DNA of 64,000 nucleotides. It comes from Brevibacterium luteolum (GTDB lineage: Bacteria; Actinomycetota; Actinomycetes; Actinomycetales; Brevibacteriaceae). The stretch spans positions 1 to 64,000 of the forward strand of contig NZ_JABEMC010000007.1 in NCBI RefSeq assembly GCF_013004595.1. Direction: 5' to 3'. This document shows, piece by piece, positions 50,138 to 58,734 of this stretch (positions within the stretch are counted from its first letter, which is position 1; each line of letters begins with the position of its first letter). The translations under genes and the position numbers were made by a program. The notes beneath the pieces are model-generated. The model did not search any database and was not told the origin of the DNA. It saw only the letters and a list, made by a program, of their open reading frames with translations.

Positions 50138-51427
50138 ATGATCACGACTGCAGACGGCTGGCCGGCGACGGGTGCACGCTCGGTTACCGCCCACATCCGT
50201 GCCGTCGCCGAGGCGGTGGCCGCCCAGGCCAGCGCGCGCACCGCCGGCGGGGAGCGCGTGCGCACCGAAACCCTGCCGCTGGCGGCAGCCGCCGGCCGGG
50301 TGCTCGCCGCTGATGTCACCGCCACCGGAGACCTGCCCGGTTTTGACAACTCCCAGATGGACGGCTTCGCCGTCTGCGCAGCCGACACGCCCGCCACCCT
50401 GCCGCTGGCACCGATGATCCCGGCCGGCCACTGGCCCGACCCGCTGCCGGATGCTCACGCCGCCCCGATCATGACCGGCGCGCCGATCCCCGCCGGGGCC
50501 GATGCCGTCATCCCGATCGAAGACACCGACGCCACGAGCTTCGACGCTGCCGTGACGGCCGGTCAGGTCACCGTGCCCGAGGTGTCAGCCGGGATGTTCG
50601 TGCGTCCCACCGGCTCCGACGCCCGCACCGGGGACCTGCTGCTGGCTGCCGGCACGCGCCTGACCGTCCCGGGGCTCGGCACCATCGCCGCACTCGGACA
50701 GACCGAGGTGGCAGTCCACGCCAGGCCGCGGGCCGTCATCTACACCGGCGGTGACGAAGTGAGCGCCCCGGGCACCACCCCGCTGCGCCCGGGCGCCCTG
50801 TACGACGCGAACCTCACGATGCTCGCCGCCTGGCTGGACCGCAACGGCGTCACCGTCGCCGCCTCCCGGCTCATCTCCGACACCGTCGCCGACTTCGCCG
50901 CCGTCCTCGAAGCCGACGTCGCCGCCCACGCGCCTGATCTCATCATCACCTCCGGCGGGATCAGCGCCGGCCGCTACGAAGTCATCCGCCAGGCACTCGA
51001 AGGGTGTGCGGCCTTCGGATCGGTGACCATGCAGCCCGGCGGCCCGCAGGGCCTCGGAACCCACACCTCGGGCGCAGTCATCATCTGCTTCCCCGGCAAT
51101 CCCGTGAGCACTTGGGTCTCAGCCGAGATGTTCCTCAGGCCAGCGCTCGCCGCCGGCTACCGGTGCACGTCGGCCCACCGCTGGCAGCCGGCGGAGCTGA
51201 GCGGGGACGTCACCCCCTTGGCCCGCCGGGAGCAGATCCGGCGGGGCACCTGGCACACCGACGACACCGGTCACACCACCGCGGCCGCCTTCTCCGGCAC
51301 CGGCTCCCACCTGCTCGCCGGGGCCGCACAGGCCACCGCACTCATCCGCATCCCGGCTGGTGACGAGGTCGTCCCCGCCGGGTCCACCGTCCAGATTCTG
51401 CCGCTTGAGGAGGCCCACGGTGAGTGA
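50138..51427 (+). CDS. moeA: Second molybdopterin molybdotransferase
   Basis: FDNSQMDGFAV, IMTGAP, TSGGISAG, MQPGGPQG, PGNPVS, SHL. Confidence 0.9.
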   Translation: MITTADGWPATGARSVTAHIRAVAEAVAAQASARTAGGERVRTETLPLAAAAGRVLAADVTATGDLPGFDNSQMDGFAVCAADTPATLPLAPMIPAGHWPDPLPDAHAAPIMTGAPIPAGADAVIPIEDTDATSFDAAVTAGQVTVPEVSAGMFVRPTGSDARTGDLLLAAGTRLTVPGLGTIAALGQTEVAVHARPRAVIYTGGDEVSAPGTTPLRPGALYDANLTMLAAWLDRNGVTVAASRLISDTVADFAAVLEADVAAHAPDLIITSGGISAGRYEVIRQALEGCAAFGSVTMQPGGPQGLGTHTSGAVIICFPGNPVSTWVSAEMFLRPALAAGYRCTSAHRWQPAELSGDVTPLARREQIRRGTWHTDDTGHTTAAAFSGTGSHLLAGAAQATALIRIPAGDEVVPAGSTVQILPLEEAHGE

Positions 51428-51914
51428 GCTCAGCCATGTCCGCGCCGACGGCACCGCCCATATGGTCGACGTGTCGGACAAGCCGGTGACCGCCCGCACC
51501 GCCGCCGCCGAGGCGGTCGTGGCCACCACCGCCGACGTCGTCGAGCAGATCTTCGCAGGCACCGCCCCGAAGGGCGATGTGCTCGCCGTCGCCCGGGTCG
51601 CCGGGATCATGGCCGCGAAGAAGACCCCCGAGCTCGTGCCGCTGTGCCACCCGCTGCCCATCAGCGGGGTCACCGTCGACTTCACCCGGCTGCCGGCCGG
51701 CGTGCACATCCGCACCCGCGTCAAGACCACCGCGGTCACCGGAGTCGAGATGGAGGCCCTGACCGCCGCCTCGGTCGCGGCCCTGACCGTCTACGACATG
51801 ATCAAGGCTCTCGACAAGGCCGCCGAGATCACCACCACCCGCGTCGTGGCCAAGACCGGCGGCAAGAGCGGCGACTACCACCGCGCCGCTGATGAGAAGG
51901 GAGGCCTCCCATGA
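51420..51914 (+). CDS. moaC: Cyclic pyranopterin monophosphate synthase
   Basis: AHMVDVSDK, KGDVL, LCHPL, GVEMEAL, YDMIKA, KTGGKSG. Confidence 0.95.
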   Translation: MSELSHVRADGTAHMVDVSDKPVTARTAAAEAVVATTADVVEQIFAGTAPKGDVLAVARVAGIMAAKKTPELVPLCHPLPISGVTVDFTRLPAGVHIRTRVKTTAVTGVEMEALTAASVAALTVYDMIKALDKAAEITTTRVVAKTGGKSGDYHRAADEKGGLP

Positions 51915-52951
51915 GCAAGGCTGATGAGTTCGCCTTCCAGCCCGGCCGCCGCATCAAGCGCAAGCCGGACTTCGGCGCCGGCGACTGGGCGGCTGTCATC
52001 GTCGTCTCGACCGCCGCCGCCGAAGGTCGAGCCGCCGATACGACCGGGCCGCTGCTGACCGACTGGCTCACCGGCCACGGCTACCGCGTGCCCGATCCGA
52101 TCATCGTCGCCGACGGAGCCCCGGTGCGCACGGCACTGCAGCGCCTGCTCGTCGACCTGCCGGCAGGCGAGCGCCCGCGGTTCATCTTCACCACCGGCGG
52201 GACCGGCACCAACAGCGACGACACCACCCCCGAGGCGACGGCTGAGTTCATCGACCGGCCCGCCCCCGGGATCATGCACGCGCTGTGGGCCTATGGTCTG
52301 CAGAAGCTCGACGAGGCGATGATGAGCCGCGGGAGGGCCGGGCTGTGCGGGCAGACCTTCATCTGCAACCTTCCAGGCTCACCCGGCGGGGTGCGCGACG
52401 GCATCACCGTCCTCGACTCCGTCCTCCACCACCTGCAGGCACAGCTCGCAGACGTCCGCGACCACGACGACTCCCACCGCCACCCTGCTCAGCCGGCCCC
52501 CGCCTCGGGACCGGCAACCGGAGTCGTCCACACATCCATCACCGAGGACCCTCTCACAGACGACGCCGCCGTTGCGGTCTTGAGCCCGCAGATGGGTGCG
52601 GTCGCGAGCTTCCGCGGGGTCATCCGCAACCACGACTCCGGCCGCGACGACGTCACCGGGCTTGACTACACCGCCCACCCGCAGGCCGGTGAGATCCTCG
52701 CCGCGACCTGCGCGGCAGTCGCCCAGGAGTTCGCGGCTGAGTCCGGTGGGGTGCGGATCTGGGCTGCTCACCGGATCGGCAGCCTTGCCGTCGGTGAGGA
52801 CGCACTCGTGGTCGCGGTCGCCGCCGCTCACCGGCGCGAGGCGTTCGCCTGCTGCGCCGAACTTGTTGACCGGATCAAGGCCGAGGTGCCGATCTGGAAG
52901 CAGCAGCACTACGCGACCGGCGGCCACGATTGGGTGGGGATCGGCTCATGA
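51911..52951 (+). CDS. MoaB/MogA-MoaE fusion protein
   Basis: N-terminal DTTG, TTGGTG..D.TPEAT, NLPGSPGG. C-terminal FRGVIRNHD, HRIG, HRREAF, KAEVPIWKQQ. Confidence 0.9.
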   Translation: MSKADEFAFQPGRRIKRKPDFGAGDWAAVIVVSTAAAEGRAADTTGPLLTDWLTGHGYRVPDPIIVADGAPVRTALQRLLVDLPAGERPRFIFTTGGTGTNSDDTTPEATAEFIDRPAPGIMHALWAYGLQKLDEAMMSRGRAGLCGQTFICNLPGSPGGVRDGITVLDSVLHHLQAQLADVRDHDDSHRHPAQPAPASGPATGVVHTSITEDPLTDDAAVAVLSPQMGAVASFRGVIRNHDSGRDDVTGLDYTAHPQAGEILAATCAAVAQEFAAESGGVRIWAAHRIGSLAVGEDALVVAVAAAHRREAFACCAELVDRIKAEVPIWKQQHYATGGHDWVGIGS

Positions 52952-54057
52952 GCCACCCCCGCTATGCGCGGCAGATCACCGTCCCCGGTGTCGGGGTCGC
53001 CGGCCAGCATGCGCTCGGCCGGGCGCGCGTGCTCATCATCGGCGCCGGTGGACTCGGATCGCCGGCAGCCCTGTATCTCGCTGCCGCCGGTGTCGGCACG
53101 ATCGGCATCGTCGATGACGATGAGGTCGAACTGTCGAACCTGCACCGGCAGATCCTGCACACCACCGCCGACGTCGGCATCGAGAAGACCGTCTCGGCTG
53201 CCGCGACCGTCAATGCGCTCAACCCCAACGTCACCGTCGAGATGCACCCGATCCGCCTCGACGCCGGCAACGCCTACGAGATCATCAGCGGCTACGACAT
53301 CGTCATCGACGGGGCGGACAACTTCGACACCCGCTATCTCGTCTCCGATGCCACCACGGTCGCCGACATCCCGCACGTGTGGGCCTCGGTGCTGACGACC
53401 GGCGGGCAGCTGAGCGTCTTCCACGCCTCCCGCGGGCCCGTCTACCGCGACCTGCTGCCCAGCCAGCCGGCGCCCGGGGCGATCCCCAGCTGCGCGGAGG
53501 CCGGCGTGCTCGGGGTGGTCCCCGGCATCCTCGGCGTCGCCCAGGCCGGTGAAGCGCTCAAGCTCATCCTCGACTTCGGTCGGCCGCTCATCGGCACCGT
53601 GCTCATCTACGACATCCGCACTGCCGGCTGGGAGCGGCTGCCGCTGCGCGCCAACCCGGCCGTCCGCCGCCCGGCCACCGCCGCCGAGGTGGGTTTCGAC
53701 CTCGTGCCCGCCCTCAACTGCGCCCAGCTGCAGGAGGAGGTCGATGCCCTCGAAGTGCAGGGACGGCCGCTGGTGCTCGTCGATGTGCGCGAACCCTATG
53801 AGACCGAGACCGGGATCATCCCCGGTGCCCGCCTCATCCCGGTCGGCGAGTTCACCCAGAAGTCTCCCGCCGGCAGCGAGGCGGTCGCTGAACTCCTCGA
53901 CGAGGCGAAGTCCTCTGACGCCGAGGTGGTGCTGTACTGCAAGTCCGGCGCCCGCTCCCAGGCCGCCGCCCGTGTCCTCCTGCAGTCCGGCGCCCAGGTC
54001 AAGCACCTCACCGGCGGGATCGACGCCTGGTACAAGCACCTCGACGAGGGGCTGTGA
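52948..54057 (+). CDS. moeB: Molybdopterin-synthase adenylyltransferase with rhodanese domain (MoeB/MoeZ)
   Basis: RYARQI, GAGGLGSP, SNLHRQ, DNFDTRY, SCAEAGVLG, DVREP, YCKSGARS. Confidence 0.93.
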   Translation: MSHPRYARQITVPGVGVAGQHALGRARVLIIGAGGLGSPAALYLAAAGVGTIGIVDDDEVELSNLHRQILHTTADVGIEKTVSAAATVNALNPNVTVEMHPIRLDAGNAYEIISGYDIVIDGADNFDTRYLVSDATTVADIPHVWASVLTTGGQLSVFHASRGPVYRDLLPSQPAPGAIPSCAEAGVLGVVPGILGVAQAGEALKLILDFGRPLIGTVLIYDIRTAGWERLPLRANPAVRRPATAAEVGFDLVPALNCAQLQEEVDALEVQGRPLVLVDVREPYETETGIIPGARLIPVGEFTQKSPAGSEAVAELLDEAKSSDAEVVLYCKSGARSQAAARVLLQSGAQVKHLTGGIDAWYKHLDEGL

Positions 54058-54905
54058 TGCGCCGGGTCGTCCGCTCCCGCGTCCATCGCTTCGACGCCTC
54101 CGGCGAGGTCCGCGCCCGCGCCGACGCAGTTGCCGGTGAGGAGCCGCTGGAAGTCCGCCTCGACGGTGAGCAGTTCACCGTCACCATGCGCACCCCCGGG
54201 GACGACGTCGAGCTCGTCGCCGGCTTCCTGCTGACCGAAGGCGTCATCACGTCGATGGCTGACATCGTCGAGGTCGACTTCGCCTCGGGACTCGACCCCG
54301 ATGGCAGCCGCAACTACAACGTCGCCGCCGTCCGCCTGCAGCCCGGCGTGTGGGACCGCGAGACCTTCCGAGCCCGCCAGGTCTACACCTCGAGTGCCTG
54401 CGGCATCTGCGGCACCGCCTCGATCGAAGCCGTCCGCAAGGAATCCGCCTACCCTGTCGCCGCGCCGGAACCCGGGTTCATCAGTCCATCCGCAGTGCTC
54501 GCCCTGCCCGAGCTGCTGCGGTCGCACCAGGGTCTGTTCGATTCCACCGGCGGGGTGCACGCGGCAGCCCTGTTCGCCGCTCCCGAGGCGGGGGAGGATG
54601 GCAGGGAACCGGACCTGCTGGTTCTGCGAGAGGACGTCGGCCGGCACAATGCCGTCGACAAGGTCCTCGGCTGGGCACTGGAGCAGAAGCTGCTGCCGGC
54701 TGACCGGGCTGTCCTGCAGGTCTCGGGCCGGGCCTCCTTCGAACTCGTGCAGAAGGCCGCGATGGCCGGCATCCCGGTGCTCTCGGCAGTTTCGGCCCCG
54801 TCAGCACTCGCCGTCGACCTCGGGCGAGAACTCGGTGTCACCGTCATCGGCTTCAACCGCGGTTCCACCTTCAACGCCTACTCCCACGAACAGCGCCTGC
54901 ACTGA
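54057..54905 (+). CDS. fdhD: Formate dehydrogenase accessory sulfurtransferase
   Basis: EEPLE, MRTPG, SSACGICG, TGGVHAA, EDVGRHNAVDK. Confidence 0.95.
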   Translation: MRRVVRSRVHRFDASGEVRARADAVAGEEPLEVRLDGEQFTVTMRTPGDDVELVAGFLLTEGVITSMADIVEVDFASGLDPDGSRNYNVAAVRLQPGVWDRETFRARQVYTSSACGICGTASIEAVRKESAYPVAAPEPGFISPSAVLALPELLRSHQGLFDSTGGVHAAALFAAPEAGEDGREPDLLVLREDVGRHNAVDKVLGWALEQKLLPADRAVLQVSGRASFELVQKAAMAGIPVLSAVSAPSALAVDLGRELGVTVIGFNRGSTFNAYSHEQRLH

Positions 54906-54934
54906 TTCCAGCAGAGCCGGTGAGACCAGGCCCC

Positions 54935-55795
54935 TCACACCTGAATGTCCAGCCCGATGTCGAGTACCGCAGCCGAATGGGTCAGCCAGCCGGCGGAGAT
55001 GAGATCAACGCCGGTCTCAGCGATCGCCGGTGCCGTCTCGACTGTGATCCGCCCTGAGGCCTCTGCTGTCAGGCGGCCGTCGATGAGCTCCACGGCTTCT
55101 CGCAGCTGAGCTGGCTCCATGTTGTCCAGCAGCACCGCGTCAACACCATCGGAGATCTCCAGCAGCTCGCGCAGCTGATCGAGCGTGTCGACTTCGACTT
55201 CGACGGCGACGAGATGTCCGACCTGGGCGAGCACCTGCTCGACTGCGGCCGTCACGCCGCCGGCCAGCGCGATGTGGTTGTCCTTGATGAGGACCGCATC
55301 GTCGAGCCCGGTGCGGTGGTTCATTCCGCCGCCGCAGCGCACTGCATACTTCTCAACCGCCCGCAGCCCAGGCGTCGTCTTCCGCGTGCAGGCGACTGCA
55401 CACCTCCCGGCGACTGCATCGACGAGGGTCGCCGCGGCAGTGGCGATCCCCGACAGATGTCCGAGGAAATTCAGGGCCACCCGTTCACCGCTCAGCAGCG
55501 CGCGGGCATCGGCGGTGATCGTGGCGATCTCCTCACCAGCACCCACCCGGCAGCCGTCGCCTTTCGAGACCACCACCTCGGCGGCGGGGTCGAGCAGCTC
55601 GAAGGCGAGAGCGGCCAGGTCGAGACCGGCGACCGTCCCAGGCTGGCGGGCGGCAAGGACAGCGCTCGCCCGCATCCCGGCAGGCACCGTCGCCGTCGTC
55701 GTCAGGTCGCCTGCGCGGCCGAAGTCCTCTAACAGCGCATTGCGGACGAGACCTTCGATCATCACCTTCGGCAGCGCAGCCCGCTCACCGGTCAT
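54935..55795 (-). CDS. nadC: Quinolinate phosphoribosyltransferase
   Basis: ERVALN, SGIAT, TRKTTPG, HRTGLDD, KDNH, EVEVD, LLDN, EASG. Confidence 0.96.
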   Translation of the reverse strand: MTGERAALPKVMIEGLVRNALLEDFGRAGDLTTTATVPAGMRASAVLAARQPGTVAGLDLAALAFELLDPAAEVVVSKGDGCRVGAGEEIATITADARALLSGERVALNFLGHLSGIATAAATLVDAVAGRCAVACTRKTTPGLRAVEKYAVRCGGGMNHRTGLDDAVLIKDNHIALAGGVTAAVEQVLAQVGHLVAVEVEVDTLDQLRELLEISDGVDAVLLDNMEPAQLREAVELIDGRLTAEASGRITVETAPAIAETGVDLISAGWLTHSAAVLDIGLDIQV

Positions 55796-56769
55796 GAGAT
55801 CGCAAGCATCCGGTCAACGGCGGCGCGGGCGCGGTCGGCGACCTCGGGGTCGATCGTCACCTCGTGCTGCATGCCCTCGAGCGCGTCCCGGATGTTGGCC
55901 AACGAGTTGCGCTTCATGTGCGGGCACAGATTGCACGGCCGGATCATCTCGACGTCGCGGATCTCGGCGGCGATGTTGTCGCTCATCGAGCATTCGGTGA
56001 TGAGCGCGACGCGCTTGGGCCGCTGCTGCGCGACGTGGGCGAGCATCTGCGCGGTCGAACCGGCCATGTCGCTGGCGGCCACGACATCCGGCGGGCACTC
56101 CGGGTGGGCCATGACGAGTACGCCCTCGTGGTCGCGGCGCACCTGTTCGATGTCGGCGGCGGTGAACCGGTCGTGGACCTCGCAGCGGCCCGGCCACGTG
56201 ATGACCTCGACGCCGCAGTCGCGGGCGATGTTCGCCGCCAGGTGCTCATCCGGGATCATGATGACCCGGTCGGTGCCGAGGGACTCGATGACTGCTTTCG
56301 CATTGCCCGAAGTGCAGCAGATGTCCGATTCTGCCTTCACCGCCGCCGATGTGTTGACGTAGGTGACGACGGGAACGCCGGGATTGTCCGCCTTGAGCTG
56401 CCGGACGTCGGCTGCTGTGATCGATTCGGCCAGCGAGCAGCCGGCGCGCAGGTCGGGGACGAGGACGGTCTTCTCCGGATTCAGCAGCTTGGCGGTCTCG
56501 GCCATGAAGTGCACACCGGCGAGCACGATGACATCGGCATCGGCTCTCTCGGCCTCGCGGGCCAGTGCCAGGGAGTCGCCGACGATGTCGGCAACCCCGT
56601 GGAAGATCTCCGGGGTCTGGTAGTTGTGGGCGAGGATGACGGCGTTGCGCTCCTCCTTGAGTCGCCAGATGGCGGCGATGTCGTCTTCCATCGTCGCCCA
56701 CTCGATGCGGGGGATGACGGAGTCGACGCGCTGGTATAGGGCATCGGTGTCGATCGTCACGGTCGGCAT
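55792..56769 (-). CDS. nadA: Quinolinate synthase
   Basis: [44 protein letters not shown]. Confidence 0.96.
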   Translation of the reverse strand: MPTVTIDTDALYQRVDSVIPRIEWATMEDDIAAIWRLKEERNAVILAHNYQTPEIFHGVADIVGDSLALAREAERADADVIVLAGVHFMAETAKLLNPEKTVLVPDLRAGCSLAESITAADVRQLKADNPGVPVVTYVNTSAAVKAESDICCTSGNAKAVIESLGTDRVIMIPDEHLAANIARDCGVEVITWPGRCEVHDRFTAADIEQVRRDHEGVLVMAHPECPPDVVAASDMAGSTAQMLAHVAQQRPKRVALITECSMSDNIAAEIRDVEMIRPCNLCPHMKRNSLANIRDALEGMQHEVTIDPEVADRARAAVDRMLAIS

Positions 56770-56800
56770 GCGGCTCCTTCGCTCGGGCTGCCTGAACTTA

Positions 56801-56821
56801 TTATGCTCAGTATGAGCATAA
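56801..56821. promoter_or_regulatory. NadQ-type operator
   Basis: Perfect palindrome TTATGCTCA-GTA-TGAGCATAA between the regulator and nadA. Matches the NadQ consensus ttATRCTC-N5-GAGYATaa as I recall it. Confidence 0.85.
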
Positions 56822-56867
56822 AGGCGCGAGGGAGCAAACCGGCTGGTCAGCGTGGGTGGGCTGACGG

Positions 56868-57761
56868 TTACTTCACGCGGGGGATCGGCAGCTTGGTGCC
56901 GGCTGCGGCGCGCTCATCGAGGACGCTGCGGCGGAACCGGACGAGTTTGGCGGGCCTGCCACCGGTGCTGGAGGCGACCTGACCGGAGTCCTCGACGAGC
57001 TGCTGCTGGGCCACGAGCCGGCGGAAGTTCTGCGTGTGCAGCTCCTGGCCGGCGATCGCCTCGACAGCAGTCTGCAGACCGGAGAGCGTGAAGGTCTTCG
57101 GGAGGAGTTCGAAGATGACCGGCTGATATTGGATCTTCGAACGCAGCCGGGCGATCCCGCTGGCGAGGATCCGCCGGTGATGCGGAGCCATCGGCCGGCC
57201 CGGCACAGGATCTTCGGCGCCGGCTTCGGGGACGAGCCCGGCCTCGTACAGCAGCTCATAGCGCGCTAATGCCATGTCCGGATGCCACGGCCGGCCGGCC
57301 AGCCCGAAGGCCGCCTCACAGCGCACCCGGCGACCCTCTCCGGCATCCCCGTCAGTCGTCTCCTCGGCCCAACGTCCGAGAGCCGGCGCGATGATCTCGT
57401 CGACGACCACAGTGCCGTCCCTGCGGTCCTCCCAGGGGAAGAACTCGTACCAGCTGCGCCACGCCTCGGCGCCGGGCTCCATCGTCGTCAGCCCGAGATA
57501 GGAGACTTCGAGGGCGGGACCGGAGCCGCGGTTGCGGTCGGCGAAGGTGTAGAGCTGCTCGATGTAGCCGAGCTCGCAGCCAGTCTGGCTCAGCACCCAC
57601 GCTCGCATGCCCTCCTGCATTGAGCGGTGGCTGCGCTGCAGTGGACCGGCCGGCAGCGTGGTGCCGCCGCCGGTGGTGAGGACGAAGGGGACGCCGTCGC
57701 GCACGGCGGTGATGACGGCGACGAGGTTGCCGCTGACGAGGTAGGACTGGCCTGCGCTCAT
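56868..57761 (-). CDS. nadQ: NAD-responsive Nudix-like/wHTH regulator (NadQ/NrtR-like)
   Basis: [59 protein letters not shown]. Confidence 0.8.
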   Translation of the reverse strand: MSAGQSYLVSGNLVAVITAVRDGVPFVLTTGGGTTLPAGPLQRSHRSMQEGMRAWVLSQTGCELGYIEQLYTFADRNRGSGPALEVSYLGLTTMEPGAEAWRSWYEFFPWEDRRDGTVVVDEIIAPALGRWAEETTDGDAGEGRRVRCEAAFGLAGRPWHPDMALARYELLYEAGLVPEAGAEDPVPGRPMAPHHRRILASGIARLRSKIQYQPVIFELLPKTFTLSGLQTAVEAIAGQELHTQNFRRLVAQQQLVEDSGQVASSTGGRPAKLVRFRRSVLDERAAAGTKLPIPRVK

Positions 57762-57810
57762 CGTCTCGACTCCCTCTCTGCATGCGGCAGGCGTTCAGGG
57801 CTCCCGGGGT

Positions 57811-58593
57811 CTAACGTGGCACGTCCTCGTTGGGCTGCTCTTCCGGAGCCTCATTGTGCATGCTATCTGAGTGAAGGGGATCGTCGAGATTCCGAGGTGG
57901 CCGGGTCACGCATGATTGGACACCATCGACGTGCTCGTAGAGGCTTTCGGATACTTGCGCCCACATGGGGTCGAGGACGAAATCGATACCTTCGCGACGA
58001 GCGTGCTTTGCTGCAGGAACGAAATCGCTGTCTCCGGAGATCATGATGATCTGATTGACATCTCGTCTTTGAGCCAACGAAGCGATGTCCAAACCGATGC
58101 GCATGTCGACACCCTTTTGTGTGATATCCAAGCCGAAGTCAGTCTCGGCGAGTTCGGAGACGGTAATCTTTTCACTGCACAGGCGTTTTAGGGCTTCGTG
58201 CTTCAAATGGTAGCCGTGTTGGGTTTCGAGCTCCTCACCGCGGCGAAGAGCTACTTTGCGCTTTCGGACGATTGCGGCGAGGAAGTCGGTCATCCATTCG
58301 TATTTGGGAGTCTTGCGCAGATTTACGTTGGTGCGCGTTAAGGGGTGAAAGAGCACTTTGTCCGACGGCGGGCAGTCGTAGTAGAAAATGCGGTATAGGT
58401 GGCTTTGGGATCGTAGTACATGACGAAAGCAGTAAGTGACGAGCTCTTGAGCACGTTGATCCGGTTCCTTGTCGCCAAACAACCGACGTGCGCGCCGCCG
58501 GTAGAAACCACCGTCAACGAGGATCGCTGTGACAATCTCTCGAACGGGAGCTGAAGCAGGCGGCGCGGCCTTTTTCTCTTCGTTGACGCTCAT
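57811..58593 (-). CDS. NYN-domain (LabA/DUF88, PIN-fold) putative ribonuclease, low GC
   Basis: AILVDGGF, YRIFYYDCPP, QKGVDMRIGLDI, ISGDSDFVPAAKHARREG, with the acidic catalytic residues intact. Many A/T-ending codons, unlike the neighbours. Confidence 0.9.
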   Translation of the reverse strand: MSVNEEKKAAPPASAPVREIVTAILVDGGFYRRRARRLFGDKEPDQRAQELVTYCFRHVLRSQSHLYRIFYYDCPPSDKVLFHPLTRTNVNLRKTPKYEWMTDFLAAIVRKRKVALRRGEELETQHGYHLKHEALKRLCSEKITVSELAETDFGLDITQKGVDMRIGLDIASLAQRRDVNQIIMISGDSDFVPAAKHARREGIDFVLDPMWAQVSESLYEHVDGVQSCVTRPPRNLDDPLHSDSMHNEAPEEQPNEDVPR

Positions 58594-58618
58594 GTACAAC
58601 CACCTGGTGGAGAATAGT

Positions 58619-58676
58619 AAAAGCTTCTGTCATCGACAACGCTCCCTATCAGCGGAGGGTCAACGGCAGAAGCTGT
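58619..58676 (-). ncRNA. Candidate structured leader/antitoxin RNA upstream of the NYN gene
   Basis: Minus strand reads AGCTTCTG-C-CGTTGAC-c-CTCC gctgatag GGAG-cgtt-GTCGATG-A-CAGAAGCT-TTT. This is a long stem with two G:U pairs, an apical hairpin and a U-run. Confidence 0.55.
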
Positions 58677-58683
58677 TGACGCT

Positions 58684-58712
58684 AATGTAGCAGTTGCAAC
58701 CCGGGATGACAA
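58684..58712 (-). promoter_or_regulatory. Sigma-A-type promoter driving the hairpin and NYN gene
   Basis: TTGTCA-N17-TACATT with an extended TGn -10 on the minus strand. Confidence 0.7.
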
Positions 58713-58734
58713 TGTTCAAACCCAACCTCGTGGA

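Noticed and set aside
58582..58683. 9-bp direct repeat AGCGTCAAC at the predicted TSS and at the NYN start
   Set aside because: Only two short copies, too little to call a type III-style repeat array, although it is worth checking in homologues.
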